DNA of 64,000 nt from contig JAXLQT010000008.1 in NCBI GenBank assembly GCA_046331505.1, forward strand, positions 11,567 to 75,566, written 5' to 3'. The first letter of the stretch is position 1. Each line of letters begins with the position of its first letter. This document shows positions 35,250 through 45,497 of the stretch, one piece after another. The notes under the pieces were generated by a model. It had not been told where the DNA came from and did no database searches. It was given only the letters and a program-made list of their open reading frames with translations. A program made the position numbers and the translations under genes. This stretch comes from Acidobacteriota bacterium. GTDB taxonomy: Bacteria; Acidobacteriota; Vicinamibacteria; JAXLQT01.

Positions 35250-37650
35250 GCCGGGGCCCGGGAGGCGAGCCTGCGGGACCGTCCGTCCTCGAGGCGCGTG
35301 GGGCGTTCGCGAGGATGGCGCCGAGGCGATCGAGGAGCCCATCCGCGCCGAGCGGCTTCGGGAGGATGTCCGTCGCGAGCTCGCCGGCACGGGCCACCAC
35401 GGAGTCGTCGCCGTGACCCGACACGAGGAGCACCGGGATCCCGGGTCGCTGCCTCCGGAGCCGCTCGATCATCTCGAGGCAGGGAAGCCCGGGCATGACG
35501 ATGTCCGACACGACCGCGTCGATCGCGCCCCGGTGTACGGAGGAGGCGTCCACCGCCTCGGAGCCGTTCGACGCCTCGAGGACGCGATACCCGCCGCGGG
35601 TCAGGATGCGCGATGCGAGGCCGCGGACCTCCGGGTCGTCCTCGACGAGCAGGATCGTCGCTCCGTCTGCGACACGCGACGTGACCGGGCGGTCCGCGCT
35701 GGAGGCGGGCTGCGCGGGCAGCGCAGTGGCGGGGGGAAGGTAGATGTCGAAGCGCGTGCCATCTCCCGGGCTGCTCTCCACGGTGATCGCGCCGCTGCTC
35801 TGCTTCACGATGCCGTAGACCGTCGACAGGCCGAGGCCGGTGCCCTTTCCCTTCGGCTTGGTCGTGAAGAACGGCTCGAAGATGCGCGCCATCGTGGCGT
35901 CGTCCATGCCGGTGCCGGTGTCGCTCATCATGATCTTCACGTAGCGGCCCGGCGGAAGCTCGCCGCGCTGCTCGCCGTTGTCGACGACGCTCGTGCTGAT
36001 GGCGAGGGTTCCACCGGTGGGCATCGCGTCCCGCGCGTTCACGGCCAGGTTGACGAGCACCTGCTCGATCGCTCCGCGATCCACGTGGATGTCCGGGAGG
36101 CCCTCGCCGAGCACGATCGACAGATCGATGTCCTCCTCGAGCAGGCGGCGCATCCATCGTCCGACCTCCGAGACGACCTCGTTGACGGGGAGCCGCGCCG
36201 GCCGCATCACCTGCTTCCTGCTGTAGGCGAGGAGCTGGCGCGTAAGATCGGCGGCGCGTTGCGCTGCGTCGCGGATGCTCTCCATGTCTTGCCGGGCGGT
36301 GTCGCTCGCGACCTCGGGCAGCACGAACTCCACCCCGTTCAGGATGATGGTGAGGAGGTTGTTGAAGTCGTGCGCGACTCCGGCGGCGAGCCTGCCGACC
36401 GCCTCCATCTTCTGCGCCTGGAGGAACTCCTCCTTCAGCTTGCGCACCTCGGTCAGGTCTCTCAGGCCCACCACGCGCGTGTGGCGGCCCGCGTGCGCGT
36501 AGGAACGCGCGACCACCTCGCACGGGACACTGGTCCCGTCGCGGCGGACCAGCTCCGTCTCGTAGCGCGCACTGTCGCGCGCGCGGATGCGGTCTGCCAC
36601 CGTCGTCCGGTGCTTCTCGGCGATGAGGTCGAGGGCGGCGCGCCCCTTGAGCTCCTCCAGTCCGAATCCGAGCATGCGAGCGAGGCCGGGGCTCGCGTCG
36701 ACGACCACGCCGTCCTCGTGGACGAGGATGCCGTCGAAGGACGCCTCCACGACGCTGCGGTACCGGAGCTCGTTCTCGCGCAGCATCTCCTCCGCGCGGG
36801 AGCGCTCGGTCACGTCCCGCGACACGGCGATGACCACCGTCTCGCCGTGGAGCTCTGCGAGGGAGCCCGTGGCGTCCACCCTTCTTTGCTCCCCCCCGGG
36901 AACGTCGATCAGGAGGCCCAGGGCCGTGCCCTGTCCTCTGGCGAGGATCTCCTGGAAGATGCTCTGGGCCTCGGCGCGCGCCGAGGGGGCGACGAGCGCC
37001 GTGAAGGGTCGTCCGACGATGTCGGATCTGGGGCGGCCCGCGAGCGCCTCGGCACGGCGGTTCACGTCTCGCACGAGACCGTGGGTGTCGAGCACGGTGA
37101 TGGCATCGCTCGATCCGTCCATCAGGGTGGCGCGCGCGGCTTCCGAGGCCCGGAGCCGCTCGGCGGCTTTCTCGTGCAGGCTTGCTCGTTCGAGCGCGAT
37201 GCCGACCTGATGGCCGAACGCATCCAGGAGCTCGATCGTCTCGTCGTCCCACGCGCTGCACGCCAGGTTCAGGATCCCGACGCGTGCCTGGCGCGTCCAG
37301 AGGGGGACCGTCAGATGGTGGCGCGGACCGGGGATCGCGGGGTCCATCGCGGCGAGGCGCTCGCACTCGACGATCGACGTGGTCATCGAGGGATGGCCTT
37401 CGAACAGCCTGCGACACGTGCAGCCGGTCTGGAGCGCCCCGGGCTCGAGGAGGCTCGGAGGGAGGTTGCGTGTGGCTGCGACCCGGAATCCACCGTCAAT
37501 GCGCACGATGACCATGCCGAAGGCGGCCCGCGAGAGCGTCATCGCTTCGTCGAGCGCGGCATCGGCGACGTCCTCGATGGTCACCGAGCGATTGAGCTTG
37601 CGCGCCAGGCGCAGCATTGCGGACGGTCCCGCGCCGTCCTCGCGGGTCAT
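35236..37650 (-). CDS. Hybrid sensor histidine kinase (GAF-PAS-PAS-HisKA-HATPase-REC).
   Basis: H-box AAGVAHDFNNLL. N, G1 and G2 boxes (NLAVNARDA, DTGTGMD, GLGLS). Receiver TILLVEDDPEVR...VVSDIVMPG. Start is uncertain (37650 or 37674). Confidence 0.85.
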   Translation of the reverse strand: MTREDGAGPSAMLRLARKLNRSVTIEDVADAALDEAMTLSRAAFGMVIVRIDGGFRVAATRNLPPSLLEPGALQTGCTCRRLFEGHPSMTTSIVECERLAAMDPAIPGPRHHLTVPLWTRQARVGILNLACSAWDDETIELLDAFGHQVGIALERASLHEKAAERLRASEAARATLMDGSSDAITVLDTHGLVRDVNRRAEALAGRPRSDIVGRPFTALVAPSARAEAQSIFQEILARGQGTALGLLIDVPGGEQRRVDATGSLAELHGETVVIAVSRDVTERSRAEEMLRENELRYRSVVEASFDGILVHEDGVVVDASPGLARMLGFGLEELKGRAALDLIAEKHRTTVADRIRARDSARYETELVRRDGTSVPCEVVARSYAHAGRHTRVVGLRDLTEVRKLKEEFLQAQKMEAVGRLAAGVAHDFNNLLTIILNGVEFVLPEVASDTARQDMESIRDAAQRAADLTRQLLAYSRKQVMRPARLPVNEVVSEVGRWMRRLLEEDIDLSIVLGEGLPDIHVDRGAIEQVLVNLAVNARDAMPTGGTLAISTSVVDNGEQRGELPPGRYVKIMMSDTGTGMDDATMARIFEPFFTTKPKGKGTGLGLSTVYGIVKQSSGAITVESSPGDGTRFDIYLPPATALPAQPASSADRPVTSRVADGATILLVEDDPEVRGLASRILTRGGYRVLEASNGSEAVDASSVHRGAIDAVVSDIVMPGLPCLEMIERLRRQRPGIPVLLVSGHGDDSVVARAGELATDILPKPLGADGLLDRLGAILANAPRASRTDGPAGSPPGPRHARP

Positions 37651-37873
37651 GCTCGCTTGTGGCGTCGGGACCATGCTCCCGCCGGGTGCAATCGGCGCGC
37701 CCGTCGCTGAACAGGCTCGAATGCGCGCTCCGCCCGGTTTCGCGGACACGAATGCCCGGACAGTGTGACGCACGTCGTGACAGGTTGTCGGGTGGGACGG
37801 TAGACCAGCTACGGACGAACCCCGTTGCGGGTGGCAGGAACGGAGCCGGAGGAGCCCCGACGACCGAGGCTGC

Positions 37874-38260
37874 TCAGGCGACCGCCGTCACCTTCACCTC
37901 TTCGCCGTACCACTCCTTGTGGAAGCGGACGAGATCCTCGTCGCTGAACCCGTCCCAGCCGAAGCAGGTGTCCCGGTCGATCATCTGGGCGTCGCACGGG
38001 AGGTCACACCCCAGTGCTTCGGTTCGTCCGAGCTTGTACCGATTGATCACGTCCTCGAGCTCCTCGCGCGAAATGCCGGGGCGCGCGTCCGCGATCCAGG
38101 CGAACTTCTTGCGGAGCTCGTCGTCGCTCCACTGGGCGAAGCCCTTGCAGAAGATCCCCTTGCGCGCCGCGACGAGGCAGAGGGAATGCTCGTCATCAAC
38201 CAGCTTCTTGAGGTAGTCGCGCAACCTGTAGATGAGGTTGGCTCTTGTCAGGTGTCGCAT
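37874..38260 (-). CDS. Small Cys-containing hypothetical protein, locally lower GC.
   Basis: MRHLTRANLIYRLRDYLKKLVDDEHSLCLVAARKGIFCKGF...CDLPCDAQMIDRDTCFGWDGF. Strong RBS GAGGGGGA. Codon usage is lower in GC than its neighbours. Confidence 0.55.
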   Translation of the reverse strand: MRHLTRANLIYRLRDYLKKLVDDEHSLCLVAARKGIFCKGFAQWSDDELRKKFAWIADARPGISREELEDVINRYKLGRTEALGCDLPCDAQMIDRDTCFGWDGFSDEDLVRFHKEWYGEEVKVTAVA

Positions 38261-38647
38261 TGGCTCGTCCCCCTCGACGGACGATTCGTGCAATTCACCT
38301 GCCGGACGTCTCAGCAACCGATCTCGACCTGGAGGTCGCGCAGGCCCGGCAAGAACTCCAGCGCCTGGCGAACGCGTGCCTCGATGTGGCCGTCGTGGGA
38401 GCAGTGGTGCGGCGTGCAGAGCCGGATCGCCACGCGGCCGTTCGGCGCCACCTCGACCGAGGCGACGAGCCCGAGGGCCACCAGGTCCTGTCCGAGGACG
38501 GGGTCCTCCACGGTGGCAAGGACACGGAGCACGGTCGGAGCGTCGATCGAAGGCTCTGGCCTCGCGGCAGCCGGGCGAGCAGGAGCTCGGGCCGTAGGCG
38601 CCGGCCGGCCTCCGCCCATGAAGCGAACCAGACGGTCGAAGAGAAGG

Positions 38648-39874
38648 TCAGGCCGCACCTTCCACCCTCCTGAGCTTGTCGTAGAGACGGTGACGGGAGA
38701 TCCGTAGCATGCGCGCCGCCTGGACCTTGTTGTTGCCGGTCGCCTGCAGGGCGCGGCGGATGAGGTCGACCTCGGCCTCGGCGAGGGTGGGGAGCGCCGC
38801 GTCCGCCGGAGCCGGGCGAAGCGGTGCGGGGAGATCGAGAGCCCGTAGCGAGGGATGGTTCCCCACGGAGACGGCGGCGGCCACCACATCTTCGAGCTCG
38901 CGGACGTTGCCCGGCCACCGGTGGTGGGAGAGCGCGAAGAGCGCCTCGGGCTCGATGGTCTCGACACGCCGCTGGCCTCTGCGCGCCATCGCGTCCACGA
39001 AGTGCGACACCAGGGCGGGGATGTCCTCGGCGCGGTCGCGAAGCGGCGGCAGATCGATCCGGTGGATGGCGATCCTGTCGGCGAGCGCTCGCGCGACCTT
39101 GCCCGATGCGACGGCCTCGGCGGGATCGGTCCGGGTCGTGGCGAGGAGACGGCCGCGGCGATCCGACCCTGCCGTCCCTGGGAGCGCCATCGAGGCCGCG
39201 AGACGCTCCTGGGCATCGCGCGGCAGGTCGGCGATCTCGTCGAGGAGCACCGTCGCCTCGCTGCCACCCGCCAGAGCTCCCACGCCCTCCGATCGCAGCG
39301 ACCGGCAGTCGATGACGGCGAACGTCGACCCGTCGCCGCGATGCTCGTGAAGCACCCGCGCGGCGAGCCGCTTGCCGGTCCCCGGCTCTCCGACGAACAG
39401 GACGGGGGCGCGGCCGGCGGCCGCCGCGGCGATGCGCTCCCAGACACCGCGCATGGGTCCGCTCGCACCGACCAGGCCGTGGAAAGCCGTGGGGGCGAGA
39501 CCGCCGTCCGTCGCGAAGTAGGTGGCGGCGAAGATCATGAGCCGCGCGTGGCAGAGCTTGTCGATGCCGGGGTCCGGGACGTCCGCCGCGCTCGCCGCGG
39601 CGACGATCGGGGCGGCGGCCTCCTCGAAGAGGTGGATCGTGGCGATCACGTCGACGAGCGGGATCCCGCGGGAGAGAAGCGCCCGGCCGGTCGCCGCGGC
39701 GCTCGCCTCGAAGCGCACGAAGTCGCGGTGCAGGACGCTCCCCGCCAGCTCCTCGAAGTCGCGCCCGAACGTCTCGGCGAAGGCCGGTGCCGGCAGCGCA
39801 TGGCCGCGAACGAAGCGCGCGGAGTACGAGGCGTACCACGATGCGACGAGGCGATCTCGTTCCCGCAGCAGCAT
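38648..39874 (-). CDS. Sigma-54-dependent transcriptional activator (sensor domain, AAA+ domain, Fis-type HTH).
   Basis: GEPGTGKRLAARVLH (Walker A) and [13 protein letters not shown]-terminal HTH QAARMLRISRHRLYDKL. Start is uncertain. The track ORF start at 40063 would overlap the hemA 3' end by 65 nt. No canonical start lies between 39998 and 39874. Confidence 0.75.
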   Translation of the reverse strand: MLLRERDRLVASWYASYSARFVRGHALPAPAFAETFGRDFEELAGSVLHRDFVRFEASAAATGRALLSRGIPLVDVIATIHLFEEAAAPIVAAASAADVPDPGIDKLCHARLMIFAATYFATDGGLAPTAFHGLVGASGPMRGVWERIAAAAAGRAPVLFVGEPGTGKRLAARVLHEHRGDGSTFAVIDCRSLRSEGVGALAGGSEATVLLDEIADLPRDAQERLAASMALPGTAGSDRRGRLLATTRTDPAEAVASGKVARALADRIAIHRIDLPPLRDRAEDIPALVSHFVDAMARRGQRRVETIEPEALFALSHHRWPGNVRELEDVVAAAVSVGNHPSLRALDLPAPLRPAPADAALPTLAEAEVDLIRRALQATGNNKVQAARMLRISRHRLYDKLRRVEGAA

Positions 39875-39998
39875 GCCGAGCGCCGGGTCGAGGAGCGCTA
39901 CCTGGCGATCGCTCAGCAGATGGAAGTAGAGGCTCGGGTCCCGGGATGGAACGGGAGAACCCTGCGGCCCCCGAGGTCCCCGCGGCGGCGCAGACCTC

Positions 39999-41213
39999 TC
40001 AGGCCCGTCCGAGGCCGAAGAGGATCTCTGTGGCGTCGGCAAGCTCGTCCGCCCGGCCGGCACGCGCGGCCTCCTTGAGTGAGGTGAAGAGCTCGTGGAG
40101 AATCTTGCCCGTCAGCCCTCGCGTCACCCGCTCGAGCTCTTCGGCGGGCAGGCGCGACGCGAACCGCTTGACCTCCGCGGCGCGCAGCGCGTCGAGCTTG
40201 TTCTGGAGAGCGACGACCAAGGGCGTCACGTCGCGCTCCCGTTCCCTGGCGGCGACCTTCTCGGCCTCGCACGCGACGGCGGCTTCCGCGCGCTCCACCA
40301 CCTCGCGGCACTCTTCCCGGCGCTGTGCGAGGACGCGCCGGAGGTCGTCGAGGTCGTAGAGGAACGCGCCTGCGGCCGATGCGATCGCCGGATCGACGTT
40401 CCGTGGCACCGCCAGGTCCAGGAGAAGGATAGGACGGCCGAGCCGCTCGCGGCGCGCTGCCAGGAGCATCTCGGAAGAGATGATGGAAGGGGTGTCCTTC
40501 AGTGCTGTCACGACGATGTCGGCCTCGGGCAGCGCGGTGCCGAGCTCGTCGAGCGTTCCCGGGGTCGCGAGCTCCGAGAGCCCCTGCGCGGACTCGAGCG
40601 TGCGCGAGAGGACCTTGATGCAACGTACCTCCGGCCGGAGCTTGCGCGCCATCCGCATCCCGATCTCGCCCGCGCCGAGGATGAGCACGCGAACCGCGCC
40701 CAGGTCCTCGAAGATGCCTCGCGCGATGTCGACCGAGGTGCCGGTGAGGGACTGCGCCACGCCAGTGAGCCCCGACTCGACGCGGACCTTGCGGGCCACG
40801 TGCAGCGCGCGCTCGACGGTGCGGCCCAGGCGTCCGGATGCCAGGCCGCGCCCGCGGGCGGTGCGCAGCGCCCCGGCGACCTGGCCCTGGATCTGGGGCT
40901 CGCCGACGGCCGCCGAATCGAGACCGGACGCGACGCGGAAGAGATGGTGGACCGCGTCGTCGTCGAACCGCAGCGCGTGGGGGGCGATCCTTCCCGCTTC
41001 GCCGAACAGCTCCACGAATGGATCGAGGGTGGGATCCCCGGTCAGGACCGTCACTTCGGTGCGCTGACACGTGGCGAGGATGAAGGCCTCTTCCACCCCA
41101 CGCTCTGCGAGCTTCTCGAGGGCTCTCTCGACCGCATCGTCGGCCAGTGCGAACCGTTCTCTGGCTGCCACGTCCGTCTGCTGATGGCTGATGCCGGCCT
41201 GGATGAGCCTCAT
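39999..41213 (-). CDS. hemA: Glutamyl-tRNA reductase.
   Basis: MRLIQAGISHQQTDVAARERFAL... and LATCQRTEV, with an NAD-binding GAGEIGMRMARKL. Full-length HemA similarity. Confidence 0.85.
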   Translation of the reverse strand: MRLIQAGISHQQTDVAARERFALADDAVERALEKLAERGVEEAFILATCQRTEVTVLTGDPTLDPFVELFGEAGRIAPHALRFDDDAVHHLFRVASGLDSAAVGEPQIQGQVAGALRTARGRGLASGRLGRTVERALHVARKVRVESGLTGVAQSLTGTSVDIARGIFEDLGAVRVLILGAGEIGMRMARKLRPEVRCIKVLSRTLESAQGLSELATPGTLDELGTALPEADIVVTALKDTPSIISSEMLLAARRERLGRPILLLDLAVPRNVDPAIASAAGAFLYDLDDLRRVLAQRREECREVVERAEAAVACEAEKVAARERERDVTPLVVALQNKLDALRAAEVKRFASRLPAEELERVTRGLTGKILHELFTSLKEAARAGRADELADATEILFGLGRA

Positions 41214-41427
41214 GATTTCGTTCGCCACCCCACGACGAAGCAATCGCCGGGCCACGCCGTCACGGGCGCCAGGCCGGGCGCTTCCGCCCGCGGGCGGCGC
41301 GCTTTCCTCGTCAACCTGTCATGCGCCGCTGCCAGGGTGTCCGGAGCCGGGCGTCAATCGCGGATGCTTCGAGGTGGAATGCCCGGTGGCGCGCCCCTTG
41401 CTCAGCAGTTGGGTGCGAGGTGCTCCC

Positions 41428-41832
41428 ATGAAGCCCACCCAGATCAAGATCGTCGTTCTCTCGATGGCCATCGTGACGGGCATCATGCTGCTGGCAGCCG
41501 ACGGGTCCCGATCCAGCACGGTCTACTACCAGACGATCCCAGAGCTCATGGCCTCGCCCTCGGGCGGCGGCGGAACCGTGCGCGTCACCGGCCACGTCGT
41601 GGCGGGGTCGATCCAGCGCCCGGCGGGTGCGCCGCTCTCGTTCCTGATGCAGGATGCCTCCGGGGCACAGCGCCTCGCCGTCCGTTACGGAGACGTGGTG
41701 CCCGACACGTTCAAGGACGGCGCCGAGGTCGTGGTGGAGGGGGCGCTCTCCGCGGACGCGACCTTCGAGGCATCGACGCTCCTGGCGAAGTGTCCGTCCA
41801 AGTACGAAGCGTCGAAGACCGCTCGAAGCTGA
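41428..41832 (+). CDS. ccmE: Cytochrome c maturation heme chaperone CcmE, CxxxY variant.
   Basis: [24 protein letters not shown] anchor, OB-fold region, heme-binding region [10 protein letters not shown]. The motif is CPSKY where the canonical motif is HxxxY. Confidence 0.8.
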   Translation: MKPTQIKIVVLSMAIVTGIMLLAADGSRSSTVYYQTIPELMASPSGGGGTVRVTGHVVAGSIQRPAGAPLSFLMQDASGAQRLAVRYGDVVPDTFKDGAEVVVEGALSADATFEASTLLAKCPSKYEASKTARS

Positions 41833-41881
41833 TCCCGGACCCGCGCCCGGCCGTCCACCGTGCACGGGCTCGGCGCGTCCC

Positions 41882-43268
41882 TCAGCTCGGTTCGCTCGGA
41901 CTCTCCGTCGTCTCGGCGGCGTTGTCGCGTTCGCGCCGGTAGAGGGTGCGCGCGCTGACCCCCAGGATCTCCGCGGCGCGCGTCTTGTCCGAACCGGTCT
42001 GCTTGAGCACGTACTGCGTGTACTCCCGCTCGATGGTCTGCAGCGTGATCCGGTGGGCGTAGAGCTTGTCGAGCCCGGGCACCGTGGGCTTTGCCGGCGC
42101 GAGATCGAGGTCCGACACGCCGATGCTCTCGCCCGCCGACATGAGGCATGCGCGCTTGATCGTGTTCTCGAGCTCCCGCACGTTGCCGGGCCACGAGTGC
42201 TTGGCCAGCGCCGAGCGCCGCCTCGGGCGACAGGTCCTTCGGGCGTCCGGCGACTTCCCCCTGGATGCGCTCGAGGAAGTGGTCGATGAGCAGGGGGATG
42301 TCCTCGACGCGCCGCCGTAGCGGAGGGATGCGTAGCCGGATGACGTTGAGCCGGTAGTAGAGGTCCTCGCGGAAGTTGCCGCGCTCGACCTCTTCCTTCA
42401 GGTCCCGGTGCGTCGCGGTCACCACGCGCACGTCGACGGTCTTCTCCTCGGTCGCGCCGACGGGGCGGATCCCCTTGTTCTCCAGGACGCGCAGGAGCTT
42501 GGCCTGGAGCGCCTTCTCCATCTCGCCGATCTCGTCGAGGAAGAGCGTGCCTCCGGATGCGGCCTCGAACAGCCCGCGCTTGCTCGTGGCCGCGCCGGTG
42601 AAGGCGCCGCGCACGTGGCCGAAGAGCTCGCTCTCGAGGAGCTCACCGGGGAGCGACGAGCAGTTCACCGCCAGGAAAGGCTTGTCCCGCCGCGGGCTGT
42701 TGTAGTGGATGGCGCGGGCGACGAGCTCCTTGCCCGTCCCGCTCTCGCCCAGGATCAGCACGTGGTCGTTCGACGGCGCGACCCGTTCGATGAGGGCGAA
42801 CAGGTCCTGCATCTCCTTGCTACGACCGACGAGGTTGCCGAAGCTGTAGCGACCCTCGACCTCGCGCTGCAACCGCACGTTTTCCGCCTTGAGCCGGCTC
42901 ACCTCGACGGCCTTCTCGACCGTGGCGAGGAACTCGGACATCTTGAACGGCTTGGTCACGAAGTGGAACGCCCCGCGGCGCATCGCCTCGACGGCGGCGT
43001 CGATCGTGCCGAACGCGGTGATGACCAGGGTCACCAGTCCGGGATGGAGCTTCGTGGCGTGATCGAGAAGCTCCATGCCGTCGATGCCCTTCATCCGGAG
43101 GTCCGTGATGAGGAGGTCGGGTCGGGTCCTCCGCAGGGAGGCGAGCGCCTCCTCTCCCGAGGATGCCTGCTCGACCACGAGGCCGCGCTCGGAGAGGACG
43201 TCGACGAGAAGCGAGCGCATCTCGCCATCGTCGTCGACGCACAGGACGGTTGCGGCATCGCTTCCCAC
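41882..43268 (-). CDS. NtrC-family sigma-54-dependent response regulator (REC, AAA+, HTH). Frame disrupted near 42205.
   Basis: REC domain ([10 protein letters not shown]...[14 protein letters not shown]). AAA+ domain ([15 protein letters not shown]...GAFTGA...). The [15 protein letters not shown] and HTH ([15 protein letters not shown]) lie in another frame (track ORF 41882-42181). Start is uncertain. Confidence 0.7.
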
Positions 43269-43324
43269 GGGGCGTTCGATTATAGCGGCGCCCGGCCCCC
43301 CATCTTCCTCGTGTCCCGGTCCGG

Positions 43325-43468
43325 TCAACCGCGCGGCCCCCGACCTCGGAGGCTCTCGATCTCGCCGCGTAGCCTTCGCTCGCGCGATCCGAGGAGGATC
43401 GCGTAGAGCGCGATCGCGGCGTAGACGACGGCGTAGGCGATGCAGACGGCGGTGAAATCGTTCTTCAT
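43325..43468 (-). CDS. ccmD: Heme exporter protein CcmD (small single-TM).
   Basis: [33 protein letters not shown]..., 47 aa. ATGA overlap with the ccmC stop. Confidence 0.6.
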   Translation of the reverse strand: MKNDFTAVCIAYAVVYAAIALYAILLGSRERRLRGEIESLRGRGPRG

Positions 43469-44190
43469 GACTCCCTCGAGGCGGCCTTCATCTCCTGGAT
43501 CTCGTCCTCGCAGCGAAGCAGGCGCGCGCGGCGCGCGACGAGGCCGGCGAAGAGGAGGAGGAACGCCGCGCCGCACGTGAAGAGGGCGCCCCTCATCTCG
43601 GGGGCGAGGCCGCCCCCTCGGGCGCCGATGACCGGCGCCGGGTGCTGGGTACGGAACCACTGGATGGAGTAGTAGACGAAGGGCACGTCGAGGAAGGCGA
43701 CGATGCCGTAGATCGCGAGGACGCGCCGGATCCTCCCGGGGTCGAGCGCGTTGATGCGGATCATGAGGTAGCCGACGTAGGTCAGCCAGAGGACGAAGGT
43801 CGAGGTGAGGCGTGCATCCCAGGTCCAGTAGACGCCCCAGTCGTTCTTGGCCCAGATCGGGCCCGTGACGAGCACGAGGGTCGTGAAGAGCACGCCCACC
43901 TCGCAGGCGGCCTGCGCGGCGCGATCGAAGGCCTCTCGTCCCGTGGCGAGGTAGAGCGCGCCCGCCCCGCCGACGATGAGGAACCCGAGGAACCCGGCCC
44001 AGGCGCACGGGACGTGGACGTAGAAGATGCGCTGGCTGTCGCCGAGCGTTGCCTCGGTCGGGGCGACCACCAGAGCACGGTAAAGCCCCCAGGCCATCAG
44101 CGGAACGGAGAGGAGAAGCGCCGCATCGGCGATCGACCACGCGAAGGCTCGGGTCGCTGCTCGGGGTCGCGGGAGGACGGTCGCGGTCAT
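43465..44190 (-). CDS. ccmC: Heme exporter protein CcmC.
   Basis: Trp-rich signature [13 protein letters not shown], conserved His residues, about 6 TM helices. Confidence 0.85.
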   Translation of the reverse strand: MTATVLPRPRAATRAFAWSIADAALLLSVPLMAWGLYRALVVAPTEATLGDSQRIFYVHVPCAWAGFLGFLIVGGAGALYLATGREAFDRAAQAACEVGVLFTTLVLVTGPIWAKNDWGVYWTWDARLTSTFVLWLTYVGYLMIRINALDPGRIRRVLAIYGIVAFLDVPFVYYSIQWFRTQHPAPVIGARGGGLAPEMRGALFTCGAAFLLLFAGLVARRARLLRCEDEIQEMKAASRES

Positions 44191-44252
44191 GTTCTTACGA
44201 CGCTTCAAGAAAGGGGCCAAGCAGGGTCCGCGAAATGCATCGTGCAAAGGAC

Positions 44253-44525
44253 ATGGACTGGAAACTCTTCGGAATCACGTTCGCCACCGTGTTCCTCGCG
44301 GAGCTCGGGGACAAGACGCAGATCGCCACGCTGACGTTCGCCGCCACGGAGCAGAAGCCGTGGACGGTTCTGCTCGGAGCCGCCCTGGCGCTCGTGTGCA
44401 CGAGCGCCGCCGGCGTGCTCGCGGGAACGTTACTCGGACACGCGGCCTCGGGTCCGTGGATCAAGCGCGCCGCGGGCGTGCTCTTCGTCGTCATGGGAGT
44501 GCTCTACCTGATCGGTCGAGCCTGA
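44253..44525 (+). CDS. UPF0016 (GDT1/TMEM165-like) half-size membrane protein.
   Basis: MDWKLFGITFATVFLAELGDKTQIATL... has the E-x-G-D-K-T signature. 90 aa, 3 TM. Confidence 0.7.
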   Translation: MDWKLFGITFATVFLAELGDKTQIATLTFAATEQKPWTVLLGAALALVCTSAAGVLAGTLLGHAASGPWIKRAAGVLFVVMGVLYLIGRA

Positions 44526-44664
44526 GCGTCTCGCTCCTCGTTCGTCAGCATGGCAAAGGGCGTGACAGCTTGTCGGGACACAGGATCTGGCGTCGGCATG
44601 TCCTGAGAGATGCCATCGTCGTTGGCCCGGAGGTTGCTCGACACACACCGCCGAGGAGACATTC

Positions 44665-45489
44665 ATGGTCGATTCCGGTCGGAAAACCGAGGGGACCCTG
44701 CTCGCCCTCCTGTTCCTCGCCGTTGCCGCCATCACCGTGGTCGCGTTCAAGTGGAAGACCTGGCTGCCTCCGGTGGCTTCGGTCCATGGCCACGGCGTCG
44801 ATCGCGTCATCGATTACCTGCTCGTTGCGACCGGCATCATGTTCGTCGCCGGGCACCTCGTGCTGGCCTTCTTCGTGTGGGCGGGCGCGCGGCGGACCGC
44901 CGACGTGGAGGGAAGCGTGAGCACGCGCATGGAGTGGCTCACGGCGCTTGCTCCCGTGCTGATCCTCGCCGGCGTGTCCGAGGTCGGTGTGATGGTGATG
45001 GGGCTTCCTGTGTGGGCGCAGGTCTACGGCGAGCCTCCGGCCGACGCGCTCCGCGTCGAGATGGTGGGACGCCAGTTCAACTGGACGGCGCGTTATCCCG
45101 GCAAGGACGGTGTCTTCGGACGAACCGATCCGCACCTGGTCGACGACGAGAACATGCTGGGTCTCGATGGAAAGGACCCAGCGGCGCGGGACGACATCGT
45201 CACGCTGGGACCGCTGACGATCCCTGCGAACCGTCCGATCTTCGTTCAGCTCCGATCCCACGACGTCATCCACAGCTTCTCCGTCGTTCACCTGCGCGTG
45301 AAGCAGGACGTGGTTCCGGGCCTCGTGAATCACACGCGGTTCGTGGCCGACACCGAGGGAACGTACGAGATCGGCTGCGCGCAGGTGTGCGGGCTCGGCC
45401 ACTACCGCATGCGCGGCTTCGTCCATGTGGTGAGCCCGGCGGACTTCGAGACGTGGCTCTCCGGCCAGTCGCCGGCGCTCGATCAATAG
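44665..45489 (+). CDS. coxB: Cytochrome c oxidase subunit II (CuA cupredoxin).
   Basis: Two N-terminal TM helices. CuA site H...CAQVCGLGHYRM. RBS GAGGAG. Confidence 0.9.
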   Translation: MVDSGRKTEGTLLALLFLAVAAITVVAFKWKTWLPPVASVHGHGVDRVIDYLLVATGIMFVAGHLVLAFFVWAGARRTADVEGSVSTRMEWLTALAPVLILAGVSEVGVMVMGLPVWAQVYGEPPADALRVEMVGRQFNWTARYPGKDGVFGRTDPHLVDDENMLGLDGKDPAARDDIVTLGPLTIPANRPIFVQLRSHDVIHSFSVVHLRVKQDVVPGLVNHTRFVADTEGTYEIGCAQVCGLGHYRMRGFVHVVSPADFETWLSGQSPALDQ

Positions 45490-45497
45490 GAGGCGCA

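Noticed and set aside
43275-43295. TATAAT hexamer at about 43285 as a sigma-70 -10 box for the NtrC-like gene.
   Set aside because: It is a single hexamer with no convincing -35 partner, and it lies within the possible coding N-terminus. Too weak to call.
44610-45497. Upstream part of the 863-aa track ORF containing coxA.
   Set aside because: It overlaps coxB in another frame. CoxA similarity begins at the TTG at 45498, just after an AGGAGG RBS.
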